Below, one piece after another: positions 25,693 to 34,339 of a stretch of DNA of 64,000 nucleotides. A program made the translations under genes and the position numbers. This DNA comes from Candidatus Latescibacterota bacterium. Its GTDB lineage: Bacteria; Latescibacterota; UBA2968; UBA8231. The notes under the pieces were generated by a model. The model saw only the letters and a program-made list of their open reading frames with translations, did no database searches and was not told the DNA's origin. The stretch lies in contig CBDETY010000003.1 of NCBI GenBank assembly GCA_965243025.1, positions 6,240,001 through 6,304,000 of the forward strand, given 5' to 3'. How positions within the stretch are numbered: position 1 is the stretch's first letter; each line of letters begins with the position of its first letter.

Positions 25693-26322
25693 TTACGAAC
25701 TCTCCTGTTCCCTGAAGAACTCGACGTCCCCCCGGCCTTCCCGCAGCACCTCGATCCGGTCTCCCAGGAGGGAGACGACGGTGCTCGGCTGCACCGGCAG
25801 CACCCCGCACTCGAGGATCAGGTCGACCCGGGAACCGAACTCCCTTTCGAGCTCCAGCGGATCGGTGAGCACCTCCTGCTCGCTGCGGTTGGCGCTGGTG
25901 CTGAGAATCGGGCTGCCGAGCTCTCCGACCAGGCCCCGGGTCAGCGGGTGATCGGGGATGCGGATGCCGACCGTCTTCTGCCTGCTGCGCAGCAGCCGCG
26001 GCGTCTCCCGGGTCGCCGGCAGCACGAAGGTGTAAGGTCCCGGCAGGAAGCGCTTGAGGATGCGGTGCGAGAAGTTGGTGACGCGGGCGTAGCGGCTGAT
26101 CGCGGTCAGGTCGGGGCAGATGAAGGACATCGGTTTCTTCGCGTCCCGTCCCTTGAGCTGGCGGATGCGCTCGATGGCCCCCTTTACCTCGATGTCGCAC
26201 CCGAACCCGTAGATCGTGTCGGTCGGGTAGATGACGACGCCTCCCCCGCGCAGCACTTCCGCGGCGCGGCGCAGCCAGCGCCCTTTCAGGTGATCGGGGT
26301 CTATGTGCAGGACATCCGCCAT
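25693..26322 (-). CDS. L-threonylcarbamoyladenylate synthase (Sua5/YciO/YrdC family)
   Basis: GGVVIYPTDTIYGFGC, KPMSFIC, LPGPYTFVL, VGIRIPD, ILSTSAN, PSTVV. Confidence 0.93.
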   Translation of the reverse strand: MADVLHIDPDHLKGRWLRRAAEVLRGGGVVIYPTDTIYGFGCDIEVKGAIERIRQLKGRDAKKPMSFICPDLTAISRYARVTNFSHRILKRFLPGPYTFVLPATRETPRLLRSRQKTVGIRIPDHPLTRGLVGELGSPILSTSANRSEQEVLTDPLELEREFGSRVDLILECGVLPVQPSTVVSLLGDRIEVLREGRGDVEFFREQESS

Positions 26323-26421
26323 GGCCGGAAATAAAGCCCCGGCCGGCGCCCCTCATCAAGAATGGAGGCCGCGGTTCCGGTTGAGGGCGGCGAGCCCGGC
26401 CGGTTATCTTTCCCCGTTCCC

Positions 26422-28320
26422 ATGGCACACACGGTAATTGGAACCGCCGGTCACATCGACCACGGCAAGACCCTGCTGGTCAAGGCCCTCACCGGCACCG
26501 ACACCGACCGCGCTCCCGAGGAGAAGGCGCGCGGCATCACCATCGAGCTCGGTTTCGCCTTCCTCGGCGAGGAGGCGACGATCGTCGACGTCCCGGGGCA
26601 CGAGCGCTTCGTCAAGACGATGGTCGCCGGGGTCAGCGCCATCGACGTCGCCCTGATGGTGATCGCCGCCGACGACGGCGTCATGCCGCAGTCGCGGGAG
26701 CACCTCGACGTGCTCGAGCTGCTCGGCGTGGAGCGGGGGATCGTCGTCGTCAACAAGGTCGACCTCGTCGACGAGGACTGGCTGCAGCTGGTGGAAGAGG
26801 AGATCGCCGAGCTGGTCGCCGGAACCTTCCTCGAAGGGGCCGAGGTCGTCAGGGTCTCCGCCCTTACCGGCGCCGGAGTCGGGGAGCTGCGGCAGTCCCT
26901 CGAGAAGCTGACCGCCGCCACCGGGGAGAGGCGGGCGGAGGGACCGTTCCGGCTGCCGGTCGACCGCGCCTTCGTCGTCAAGGGGTTCGGCATGGTCTGC
27001 ACCGGCACCGTGCTCTCGGGCGACCTGCAAGGGAGCGGATCTGTCGAAGCCCAGCCCGAAGGCAGGCGGCTGCGCGTCCGCGGACTGCAGAAGCACGGCC
27101 GCTCGGTCCCCTCGGTCGCCGCCGGGGACCGGGCCGCGGTAAATCTGCCGGGGATCGAGCAGGATGAGATCCGCCGCGGCGACGTGCTGTGCGAGGAGGG
27201 GGTGTTCGCGCCGACCTTCATGGTCGACGCGCGCCTGCGCCTGCTCGCCTCCTGCCCGAAGGAGCTGGTCCAGCGCGCCCGCGTGCGCCTGCACCTCGGC
27301 ACCGCGGAGGTGCTGGGCCGCGTCGTCCTCCTCGACCGGGAGATCCTGCTGCCGGGGGAACAGGCGCCGGTGCAGCTGCGCCTGGAGTCCCCGGTCCTCG
27401 CCGCCTGGGGAGACCGCTTCGTGATCCGGCGCTACTCCCCGGCGCTGACCATCGGCGGGGGCCGCGTCCTCAACCCGCACCCGGAGAAGCACAGCGGCTC
27501 CGGAGACGGCGTCGCCGCCGCGCTCGAGGGGCTCGACGTCGACGAGCCGGCCGCCGCGGTCGCCCCCCTCGTCCGGCTCAGCCGCGACGCCCTGGCGCGC
27601 GAAGGCAGACTCGCCGGGGATCTCGGCATCGCCGGCGACCGCCTCTCGGCCCGGCTGGCGGCGATGGAAGAGGCCGGAGACCTCGTGCGCACCGCGGTCG
27701 ACAACGAACCCTGCGTCGTCCCGGGGGAGGTCTGGAGGGGGACCGCCGAAGAGATGCGGGCCCGGCTCGCCGCCTTCCACGAGGCCGACCCGCTGCGCCC
27801 CGGGATGAACCGCGAGGAGCTGCGCAAGGCCTGCGCCGGCGGGCTGGCGGCGGAGCTGTTCGAGCGCATCCTCGAGCGCGAGGAGCGGGAGGGCCGCGTC
27901 GCCGTCTCCGGAATCACCGTGCGTCTCGCCGGCCACCAGATCTCCTTTACCGGGGAGGAGACCAGGCTGCGCGGCCGCATCGAGGCGGAGCTGAGCAAGG
28001 CAAAGCTGGAAGAGATACCCGACGCCGGGGGGCTGGCGCCGCGGCTGGGGGCCGACCCGGGGCAGGTGGAGAGTATTCTGCGCGCCATGCAGAGCCTCGG
28101 GGTCGCCGTCCATCTCGAGGGCTCCCTTGTGCTGCACGAAGACCGCCTGCGGGACGTCAGGGAGGAGCTGCGCGCATATCTCGAGAGCCGCGAAGAGATC
28201 ACCGTCTCGCAGTTCCGCGAGCTGATCGGCAGCAACCGCCGCTGGGCCCTGGCGCTCCTCAACCACTTCGACGGCGAGGGCTTCACCATCCGCCGCGGGG
28301 ACGTGAGGGCGCTGCGGTGA
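26422..28320 (+). CDS. selB: Selenocysteine-specific translation elongation factor
   Basis: [53 protein letters not shown]-terminal winged-helix domains ending RRGDVR. Confidence 0.96.
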   Translation: MAHTVIGTAGHIDHGKTLLVKALTGTDTDRAPEEKARGITIELGFAFLGEEATIVDVPGHERFVKTMVAGVSAIDVALMVIAADDGVMPQSREHLDVLELLGVERGIVVVNKVDLVDEDWLQLVEEEIAELVAGTFLEGAEVVRVSALTGAGVGELRQSLEKLTAATGERRAEGPFRLPVDRAFVVKGFGMVCTGTVLSGDLQGSGSVEAQPEGRRLRVRGLQKHGRSVPSVAAGDRAAVNLPGIEQDEIRRGDVLCEEGVFAPTFMVDARLRLLASCPKELVQRARVRLHLGTAEVLGRVVLLDREILLPGEQAPVQLRLESPVLAAWGDRFVIRRYSPALTIGGGRVLNPHPEKHSGSGDGVAAALEGLDVDEPAAAVAPLVRLSRDALAREGRLAGDLGIAGDRLSARLAAMEEAGDLVRTAVDNEPCVVPGEVWRGTAEEMRARLAAFHEADPLRPGMNREELRKACAGGLAAELFERILEREEREGRVAVSGITVRLAGHQISFTGEETRLRGRIEAELSKAKLEEIPDAGGLAPRLGADPGQVESILRAMQSLGVAVHLEGSLVLHEDRLRDVREELRAYLESREEITVSQFRELIGSNRRWALALLNHFDGEGFTIRRGDVRALR

Positions 28321-29294
28321 AGCCGCCCCTGCGCCTCGGCGTCGTCGGCTCCGGGGGGATGGCCGCCCGCCGCCTGCGCGCCTTCGCCGGGCTCGAGGGG
28401 TGCCGCGTCACCGCCCTGGCGGCGCGGAATGCCGCGACGGGGGAACCGCTGGCGCGGCAGTACGGCGTCTCCCTGTCGGGGGACTGGCGGGAGCTGGTGG
28501 CCGGCGGCGAGGTCGACGCCGTCGTCGTCTGCACCAGCAACGACAGCCACGGCACCATCGCCCTGGCAGCGCTCGAGGCGGACAAGCCGGTCTTCACCGA
28601 GTACCCGCTGGCGCGCAGCCTCGAGGAGGCGGAGAGCGTGGTCCGCGCGGCGCGGGAGAAGGACCTCGTCGTCCGCGTCGCCCACGACGAGGCGGCATGC
28701 GGCGAGCAGGAGTGGCTGCGCCGGCAGGTGGCCGCCCTCGGTCCGCTGCAGCTCGCCGAGTTCGCGCGCGCGACCCCGGGCCGCGGGGCGCGCCCGGAAG
28801 TGCTGTTCAACCTGAAGGTATCCGGGCCTCCGATGCTCTTCTTCATCTACCACGTGTACCCGCTCGTCGACCTCTTCGGCCCCGCTGCCTGGGTCCAGGC
28901 GCACGCGGAGTACGCCGGCCTCGACCGGGACTCGGGCCGCTACCGGTCCTTCGTCAACACCCTGACGGCGGGGTTCGAGTCCGGAGGGGCCGCGGTCTGG
29001 ACCTGGGCGGGAGGGGTCGAGGCGGCGCAGGCGGAGCAGAGGCGGCGGCTCATTCTCGCCGCCGGCAGCCTCGCCGCGGCGGATGAAGGGTGGACACTGT
29101 CGTCCCGGGCCGGGTCGAGGACGGTGCAACCGCCGGAGGTCGAGAAACCCTCTCTCGAAAGCCGGTTCGCCGCCGAGGCCGCAGGCGAGCCGTCGGTCTG
29201 GAAGGCCGACCTCCAACTGGCCCTGGAGGCGGTGCGGATCAGCCTGCAGGGAGAGGTATCGGCGAGGGAAGGCCGCCGGGTGGTCCTTTCCTGA
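28317..29294 (+). CDS. Gfo/Idh/MocA family oxidoreductase
   Basis: GTGA overlap with selB. LRLGVVGSG, VDAVVVCTSNDSH, ALEADKPVFTEYPLA. Confidence 0.85.
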   Translation: MKPPLRLGVVGSGGMAARRLRAFAGLEGCRVTALAARNAATGEPLARQYGVSLSGDWRELVAGGEVDAVVVCTSNDSHGTIALAALEADKPVFTEYPLARSLEEAESVVRAAREKDLVVRVAHDEAACGEQEWLRRQVAALGPLQLAEFARATPGRGARPEVLFNLKVSGPPMLFFIYHVYPLVDLFGPAAWVQAHAEYAGLDRDSGRYRSFVNTLTAGFESGGAAVWTWAGGVEAAQAEQRRRLILAAGSLAAADEGWTLSSRAGSRTVQPPEVEKPSLESRFAAEAAGEPSVWKADLQLALEAVRISLQGEVSAREGRRVVLS

Positions 29295-29378
29295 CCCGGG
29301 CGGCCCCGCGCTGTTTTTCCCGAAGGGGGCGAATCAGCCCCGATTCCGCGCCGAAACAGCAGTCCGCGGCGGAAAAAG

Positions 29379-29391
29379 TGCAAATGTTGCA
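29379..29391. promoter_or_regulatory. Palindrome TGCAA-ATG-TTGCA, candidate enhancer-binding-protein site
   Basis: Inverted repeat about 100 bp upstream of a sigma-54 motif. Confidence 0.4.
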
Positions 29392-29480
29392 TTGATTTCC
29401 CCACCCTCGACTGACTCCGCTGTCGCTGCGGTCAGTACAATTCCTTCGTTTTCAACAGGTTACATCCTGGATCGAAATTC

Positions 29481-29496
29481 TGGCACCGCATTTGCA
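29481..29496 (+). promoter_or_regulatory. Sigma-54 (-24/-12) promoter
   Basis: TGGCAC-CGCAT-TTGCA is an exact match to TGGCAC-N5-TTGCW, in an AT-richer intergenic region. Confidence 0.75.
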
Positions 29497-29726
29497 TGGC
29501 TGTATGGCGTCGGTGCAGAACGATCGCTGTTCCTCCCCGTTTCCCGGGCCGGCTGGTCCGGTCCTGCGGAGCGCCGGGAAGGACGATCCGCCCAAAAGCG
29601 CAAATTCTGCATTCCCGGCCATTGAAAAACCGGCTGTAAGATTTTTAAAAACAGGTTGTTAGGGAAACCTGGAAGCGAACGGCCAGGAGTTCCCTGCAAG
29701 AATTGCGCAGCAATTGAGAGGATGCC

Positions 29727-30584
29727 ATGCGACTCCTGACCAAAGACGACGAATCCGCCCTGCGGCAGTACTTCGACGATATCGCCGATTCGCGGCCTCT
29801 TGCCCGAGAGCAGGAGGTCGCTCTCGCCGCCCGCATCAAGCTGGGCGACATGGAGGCGCGCGAGGAGCTGGTGCAGGCCAACCTGCGCTTCGTCGTCGAC
29901 GTCGCCAAGAACTACCAGAACCGCGGCCTGTCGCTTCCCGAGCTGATCAGCGCCGGCAACGTCGGCCTGATGACGGCCGCCGACCGCTTCGACGGCACCA
30001 AGGGCTTCAAGTTCATCTCCTACGCGGTCTGGTGGATTCGCCAGTCGATCCTGCAGACCATCGCCGACGAGGCGCGCACCGTGCGTCTGCCCCTGAACAA
30101 GCTGAGCCTGCTCAAGGACATCTCCAAGGTCTCCCGCAAGCTCGGCCTCGAAGGGGAAGGGGAGCAGAAGTTCGAGCAGATCGCCGAGGAGCTCGAGGTC
30201 GCCCCCGAGGAGGTGCTCGACGCCATTCTCAGCGCCAGGCAGCCCCGCTCTCTCGACGAGACCTTCGACGACGACGAGCGCACCCTGATGAACGTCCTGC
30301 CCGACGAGGGCCAGCAGGCCCCGGACGAGGGATTGCTCGACGAGTCGGCCAAGTCCCAGGTCGACAGGGCGCTGATGCACCTCGACGACCGCGAGCAGTA
30401 CATCATCACCAACTACTTCGGTCTCAACGGCGAAGATCCGCTGACCCTCGAGCAGATCGGCCGCCTCATGGGGCTGACCCGGGAGCGCGTCCGCCAGCTC
30501 AAGGAGCGCGCCCTCGGCAAGCTGCGCAGCCCGGAGCTGTACGAGCCCCTTCTCAGCCTGAGCGAGGAGAGCGAAGTCTTCTGA
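29727..30584 (+). CDS. RNA polymerase sigma-70 factor, RpoD/SigA family, lacking region 1.1
   Basis: ANLRFVVDVAKNYQNRGL, LISAGNVGLMTAADRFD..KGFKFISYAVWWIRQSI, TLEQIG..MGLTRERVRQL. Confidence 0.95.
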   Translation: MRLLTKDDESALRQYFDDIADSRPLAREQEVALAARIKLGDMEAREELVQANLRFVVDVAKNYQNRGLSLPELISAGNVGLMTAADRFDGTKGFKFISYAVWWIRQSILQTIADEARTVRLPLNKLSLLKDISKVSRKLGLEGEGEQKFEQIAEELEVAPEEVLDAILSARQPRSLDETFDDDERTLMNVLPDEGQQAPDEGLLDESAKSQVDRALMHLDDREQYIITNYFGLNGEDPLTLEQIGRLMGLTRERVRQLKERALGKLRSPELYEPLLSLSEESEVF

Positions 30585-30588
30585 CGGA

Positions 30589-30616
30589 TCGGCCGCCCTC
30601 GATGGAGGGCGGCCGA
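30589..30616 (+). terminator. Perfect 12-bp stem hairpin after the sigma gene (terminator-like, no U tract)
   Basis: TCGGCCGCCCTC-GATG-GAGGGCGGCCGA. Confidence 0.5.
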
Positions 30617-30627
30617 CCCCCGGCGCC

Positions 30628-32982
30628 ATGAAGGAAAACGCAGCATCCGCGGAGGCAGAGGCCGGCGGTGCTGCCGACAGAACCGCCGCCTCGCCCGCCG
30701 CACCTTCCCGAGGCGAGGTGGTGCGCAGCATGCGCGCCTTCACCACCCACCAGGGTCTGTGGGGCGCCTGGAGCCAGTTCGCCGGCCTGAGCACCGCGGT
30801 CATGACCGGCTACGCCCTGTGGCTCGGGGCCGATGCCGCGGCGGTCGCCCTGCTGTCGTCGATCATCTCGGTGATGGCGCTGGCGCAGCTCGCCGCCCCT
30901 CTCATCGGGGCCCGCTTCGGGGACGAGAAGCGCTTCATCCTCAACAGCCGCATGGGTGCGATGCTGCTTCGCGGCAGCATCCTCGCCATCCCGTTCGCCG
31001 TCCCCGGGGAATACCGCTTTCCCCTCCTGGTCGTCCTGCTGAGCGCCAGCCTTCTGCTCGTCCAGCTCAGCTCCCCCTACATCGGCAGCTGGCAGTCGAA
31101 CATCATTCCGCGCGCCATCCGCGCCCGCTTCACCAGCCGCGCGACCATCGTCGCCACGGTCGCGGCCATGGTTTCCGGAATCGCCGTCGGGGCCTTCCTC
31201 GACGCCTTCGACGAAGAGGGCAAGCAGATCGGGTTCGCCTCGGTGTTCGCCGCCAGCGTCCTGCTCGGATGGGTGAGCAACCGGGCCCTGAAAGCAGCGT
31301 CGTACCCGCGCCACGGGGGGGAGTCCTCGCAGCGGATGCAGCCGCGGCTGATCGCCGAGCCCCTGAGGGACGGCAACTTCAGGCGGGCGATCCTGTTTTT
31401 CGGGTCCTCGCAGTTCGCCCTCGGCCTGGCGGCGCCGTTCTACACCGTCTACATGCTCCAGCACCTCGGGCTGTCCTACACGACGATCTCCATCTTCTCG
31501 GCGGTCAACATGGTCGCTTCGATCTCCGGCTACCGCATCTGGGCGGGGCTGATCGACCGCTTCGGCGGCAAGCCGGTCCTGCAGCTGCTTCTCGGTCCGT
31601 TCGCGGCGGTGCCGCTGCTGTGGGTCTTCGCCGACGCCGACCGCTACTGGCTGATCCCGGTGGCCCTTACCATCGGCGGGTTCCTCGGCGCCGGGGTCAG
31701 CACCGGGATAACGCCGCTGATGTTCGACCTGCTTCCCCAGGGTCCGAAGAAGCCGGTGTACCTCGCGGTCTGGTCCGCATCTGTCAGCCTCATCTACGGA
31801 CTCGGACCGCTCCTCGGCAGCTTCATGAGCCGCACTCTCGCCGGCGTGGAACTGCAGCTGCCCGGGGCGACCGTGGGACCCCTGCACGTAATCTTCGCGG
31901 CCAGCGCCGCCGCCGGCATCGCGCCGCTCCTGCTCCTGTCACGGGTGCGGGACCGCTCCGTCATCAGCTCCCGCTCGCTGCTGCGCCAGATGTCGACGGG
32001 AAACCTGCTGCGCTACTTCTTCGGCAACGCCGTCTACCGTCTGTCGGCCAGCGAGCGCCTCCGCGCCCGCGCCGCCCTGGCCCTCGGCAGGTCGCACAGT
32101 CCGCTCGCTGTCGAGCAGTTGGCGCAGGCGCTGCACGACGCCAGCCCCGAGGTGCGCCGCGGGGCCGCCCACGCCCTCGGTGAGAGCGCCTCCCGCGACG
32201 CCGTCGGGTATCTCGCCGGCGAGCTGCGCGACCATTCCTCCGACATCCGCGGGGAGGCGGCCGAGGCCCTCGGCCGGCTCGGATTGCCGGAGGGCCTCGA
32301 GTCGCTGATCGCCTCCCTCGACGACGACGACCCCAGGGTCCGCATCAGCGCCATTCGCGCCCTGGCCGGCATCAAGGGGGAAGAGGTGCAGGAGCTGCTG
32401 TTCTGGCACCTGGCGAACGGCTTCGACCCGCTGACCTTCCCCACCCTGATCGACGTCCTCGGGGACATGGGGGACCGGCGCATCGTCGTGCCGGCGCTGC
32501 GCCGGCTGGATCAGTTCCGCTCCCCGGCCATCCGCCTGCAGCTGCTCAACGCCGTCGCCAACGGCCTCGAAGCGCGGGATCAGTTCTACAAACTCGTCTC
32601 CTATGACGAGCACCGCCGCATCGCCGTCGTCAAGCGCCTGATCAGCCGCGCCGGGGCGTCGTTGAGCCGCGCCCCCCTTGCCCGGGAGATCCGCAACGAG
32701 CTCGAGGGGTACTTCGCGACGGCGCTGGCCCAGTACGACCAGGCGGACACCCGGGGACTGATGGGGACCGTCGCCGCCATCGCCCGCCTGGTGCGGGCGA
32801 GCGCCCCGGAGGGGGAAAGCGGAGACAGGGATGTGCGCGGCGATTTCCTCGCGGTGCTCCAGGCCCTCGAGGCGTTCACCGGAAGCGGGCCGGGTCCGGC
32901 GGGCGACGACGGCCGCGCCGCCGAAGAGGTCGCCCTGGCGGTGATGTTGAGCCGCCTGGCCGCCTTCGCTGCGGAGTTGTAG
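30628..32982 (+). CDS. MFS transporter fused to C-terminal HEAT repeats
   Basis: About 12 TM helices with LIDRFGGKPVL, followed by repeats VRRGAAHALG, IRGEAAEALGRLG and DDDPRVRISAIRALA. Confidence 0.85.
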   Translation: MKENAASAEAEAGGAADRTAASPAAPSRGEVVRSMRAFTTHQGLWGAWSQFAGLSTAVMTGYALWLGADAAAVALLSSIISVMALAQLAAPLIGARFGDEKRFILNSRMGAMLLRGSILAIPFAVPGEYRFPLLVVLLSASLLLVQLSSPYIGSWQSNIIPRAIRARFTSRATIVATVAAMVSGIAVGAFLDAFDEEGKQIGFASVFAASVLLGWVSNRALKAASYPRHGGESSQRMQPRLIAEPLRDGNFRRAILFFGSSQFALGLAAPFYTVYMLQHLGLSYTTISIFSAVNMVASISGYRIWAGLIDRFGGKPVLQLLLGPFAAVPLLWVFADADRYWLIPVALTIGGFLGAGVSTGITPLMFDLLPQGPKKPVYLAVWSASVSLIYGLGPLLGSFMSRTLAGVELQLPGATVGPLHVIFAASAAAGIAPLLLLSRVRDRSVISSRSLLRQMSTGNLLRYFFGNAVYRLSASERLRARAALALGRSHSPLAVEQLAQALHDASPEVRRGAAHALGESASRDAVGYLAGELRDHSSDIRGEAAEALGRLGLPEGLESLIASLDDDDPRVRISAIRALAGIKGEEVQELLFWHLANGFDPLTFPTLIDVLGDMGDRRIVVPALRRLDQFRSPAIRLQLLNAVANGLEARDQFYKLVSYDEHRRIAVVKRLISRAGASLSRAPLAREIRNELEGYFATALAQYDQADTRGLMGTVAAIARLVRASAPEGESGDRDVRGDFLAVLQALEAFTGSGPGPAGDDGRAAEEVALAVMLSRLAAFAAEL

Positions 32983-32986
32983 AGCC

Positions 32987-33016
32987 CCGGAAGGCGGGTT
33001 CCCGCACCCCTTCCGG
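32987..33016. terminator. Hairpin between convergent genes (possible bidirectional terminator)
   Basis: CCGGAAGG...CCTTCCGG enclosing an inner CGGG-TT-CCCG stem. Confidence 0.5.
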
Positions 33017-33017
33017 A

Positions 33018-34310
33018 TCACTCCCGGGAGGTTGACCCGGAATTCGGCGCAAGATCGCGCAGCTTCCCGGCCGCGGCGGCGAATCCGGGGTCGAGCCTGA
33101 GGCTCCGGGCGAAGGCATCCTTCGCCTTCGCCGCCCGCCCGTACTCGAGATGGACGAGGCCGACTTCGTAGGCGGCCGCAGCGTCGCGAGGCCGCAGGCG
33201 CTCGTCCCGAAGCCGCGCCTTCAGCTCGCGGTCGTACTGTTTGATTCTCCGGAAGGCGGCCATCAGCTCGCTCCCCTGGCGCGTCCGGCCGCGCTGCGTC
33301 AGCAGCCGCGCCAGGGCGTAGTGCGCCCCGGCGTGGTCGCGGTCGATCCGGATCGCCTGAGCCAGATGGCGGACGGCCTCCTCGTTCCTGCCCTCGGCGG
33401 CGAGCAGCTTGCCGAGCTGGAAATGGGTTTCGGCGTCGCCCGGGTCGAGCTCCAGGGCTCGCTGCATGGCAGCCAGGGCCGCCCCGGTGTCTCCCTCCTG
33501 GGCGCTGATGATCCCGAGGTCGCGGTGGACCGCGGCGTTCCGTACTCCGAGCCCGGCGGCCTGACGGTAGGCGGCGCGCGCCCCGGGGTAGTCGGCGAGC
33601 TGCATCAGCACGGCACCGAGCCGGCTGAAGACCGGCCCCTCCCGGGGGGAAATCTCCAGGGCGCGGCGGTATGCCGCGATCGCCCCGCCCGGATCGTTGT
33701 CGAGCTTGCGGACCAAGCCGAGGTTTGCCCAGGCCTGCAGGAATTCCGGCCGCAGCCGCGTGGCCTCGCGGTAGTGGCCGGCGGCCTCCTCGTACAGGTC
33801 CTCCTGCTGGTAGAGCCACCCGAGGTTGTAGTGGGCGTCCGCGGAACCGGGCCGCAGCTCCAGGGCGCGCTTGTAGCTGGCCTCCGCCTGCGGGAAGCGC
33901 CCCGCGTCGGCGTGAACCAGGGCCATGCCGACGGTCGCCTCGAACAGTTCCGGGTTCAGGCGCAGCGCCTTTTCGAAGCACGGCCCCGCCTTCTCGAACT
34001 GCTCCAGGGCGGCGTATACCACACCGAGGTTGCTCCAGGCCCGGGGGAAATCGGGGTCCGCCTGCAGGGCGAGACGATACTGGACGGCGGCCTTGTCCAG
34101 CTGCCCCCGGGAGCGCAACAGGTCTCCCTGGCGATTGGCCGCGACGGCCTCTTCCTCCCTTTCCCTGTCGGCCTGGCGGTACCAGAACAGGGCAGCGAGT
34201 GCGGCCAGGACGAGCAGGGCCGCAGGGAGCCGGAAACGGCGGCTGCGGGAAGGGGGCTTCGATTCCTTACCTTGGGAACTCTTCCTGCGAGCGGTTTTTC
34301 CTCTGGACAT
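33018..34310 (-). CDS. Membrane-anchored tetratricopeptide repeat protein
   Basis: Basic N-terminus, one TM helix, then about 10 TPRs (AWSNLGVVY, AHYNLGWLY, THFQLGKLL). Confidence 0.9.
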   Translation of the reverse strand: MSRGKTARRKSSQGKESKPPSRSRRFRLPAALLVLAALAALFWYRQADREREEEAVAANRQGDLLRSRGQLDKAAVQYRLALQADPDFPRAWSNLGVVYAALEQFEKAGPCFEKALRLNPELFEATVGMALVHADAGRFPQAEASYKRALELRPGSADAHYNLGWLYQQEDLYEEAAGHYREATRLRPEFLQAWANLGLVRKLDNDPGGAIAAYRRALEISPREGPVFSRLGAVLMQLADYPGARAAYRQAAGLGVRNAAVHRDLGIISAQEGDTGAALAAMQRALELDPGDAETHFQLGKLLAAEGRNEEAVRHLAQAIRIDRDHAGAHYALARLLTQRGRTRQGSELMAAFRRIKQYDRELKARLRDERLRPRDAAAAYEVGLVHLEYGRAAKAKDAFARSLRLDPGFAAAAGKLRDLAPNSGSTSRE

Positions 34311-34339
34311 CGGGAAGGCGAGGAATGTGTGTGGTCGAA

